In this document: piece by piece, positions 63,358 to 64,000 of the stretch
Numbering within the stretch: position 1 is the stretch's first letter
Layout of the letters: each line of letters begins with the position of its first letter
Origin: Octopus vulgaris
Lineage: Eukaryota
Reading direction: 5' to 3'
Length of the DNA: 64,000 nt
NCBI GenBank assembly: GCA_951406725.2
Contig: OX597833.1
Location: forward strand, 71,858,001 to 71,922,000
Notes under the pieces: generated by a model
Told to the model about the DNA's origin: nothing
Seen by the model: only the letters and a program-made list of their open reading frames with translations
Database searches by the model: none
Made by a program: the position numbers and the translations under genes

Positions 63358-63714
63358 TAGGTGTAGCAGTAGGGTAAGAAGTTAGCTTCTAAACCGCTGG
63401 GTTCTGGGTTCAGTTTCACTGCATAACACCTTTCTATAATTTCAGGTCAACTAAAGCCATGTGAGTGGATTTGGTCGACAGAAACTGTAACAAACCCTTT
63501 GTGTGTGTGTGTGTGTGTTAGTCCCCCACCACTGCTTGACAACCGGTGTTGGTGAGTTTACGTCCCTATAACTTAGGGATTCAGCAAAAGAGATCAAGAG
63601 AATAAGTACCAGATTTAAAAAAGGTATTGGAGTGGATTGATTCAAGTAAAAGTTTCTTCAAGATAGTGCCCCAGCATGGCCACAATCTAATGACTGAAAC
63701 AAGTAAAAGATAAA
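63358..63714 (+). mobile_element. SINE family A, diverged copy
   Basis: Head, (TG)n and tail are recognisable. Confidence 0.75.
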
Positions 63715-63715
63715 G

Positions 63716-63900
63716 GCTAGGAAGAATCAGATGTGGTGTGTCATGTTGGAATGGATGTAATGTACATGGATCTGGGCAACTGTATAAAGAAGTGCCAATC
63801 CCTTGGAGTGTGAACTTCATGGAGGAAATGGCTGAAGACCGGAATGACTGGTGATATGTGATGCTTGAGAAGAGAAGCTCATCTGAGCAAAATTGAGCTT
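63716..63900 (+). mobile_element. Decayed RTE LINE 3' fragment
   Basis: Remnants NCIKKCQSL and EEMAEDRNDW*YVMLEK, similar to the fragments at 1283 and 42735. Confidence 0.5.
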
Positions 63901-64000
63901 TTGCAAGCATAATGTGTATCTACACAACTGGGCCTCTCACCCAATTTGCTTGCCAAGCTTTCTCACCAGCCTTTCATTTCTCCAACACTGATACAACCGA

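Overview
This is AT-rich animal genomic DNA dense in microsatellites and SINEs. The repeat landscape suggests an octopus or other coleoid cephalopod, which is an inference. Two convergent multi-exon coiled-coil genes can be assembled with phase-consistent GT-AG junctions. CCDC102A-like lies on + (7 coding exons, 5416-22246, 561 aa). CEP152/asterless lies on - (7 coding exons, 49627-36938, 1333 aa) and includes one 2.5-kb exon; its probable non-coding first exon and promoter are near 61.2-61.7 kb. Most other entries in the ORF track are artefacts of microsatellites or SINEs. Mobile DNA includes several tRNA-derived SINE families, RTE-type LINE 3' ends, piggyBac- and hAT-type MITEs, Penelope-like (GIY-YIG) fragments, and a solo LTR with an ATAT target-site duplication just upstream of the CEP152 promoter. 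The most notable region is 51.3-53.3 kb in the first CEP152 intron. It holds a tRNA-headed SINE with a degenerate hammerhead-ribozyme motif, next to a Penelope-like 3' end with its own type I hammerhead-like fold and alternating inverted terminal copies.
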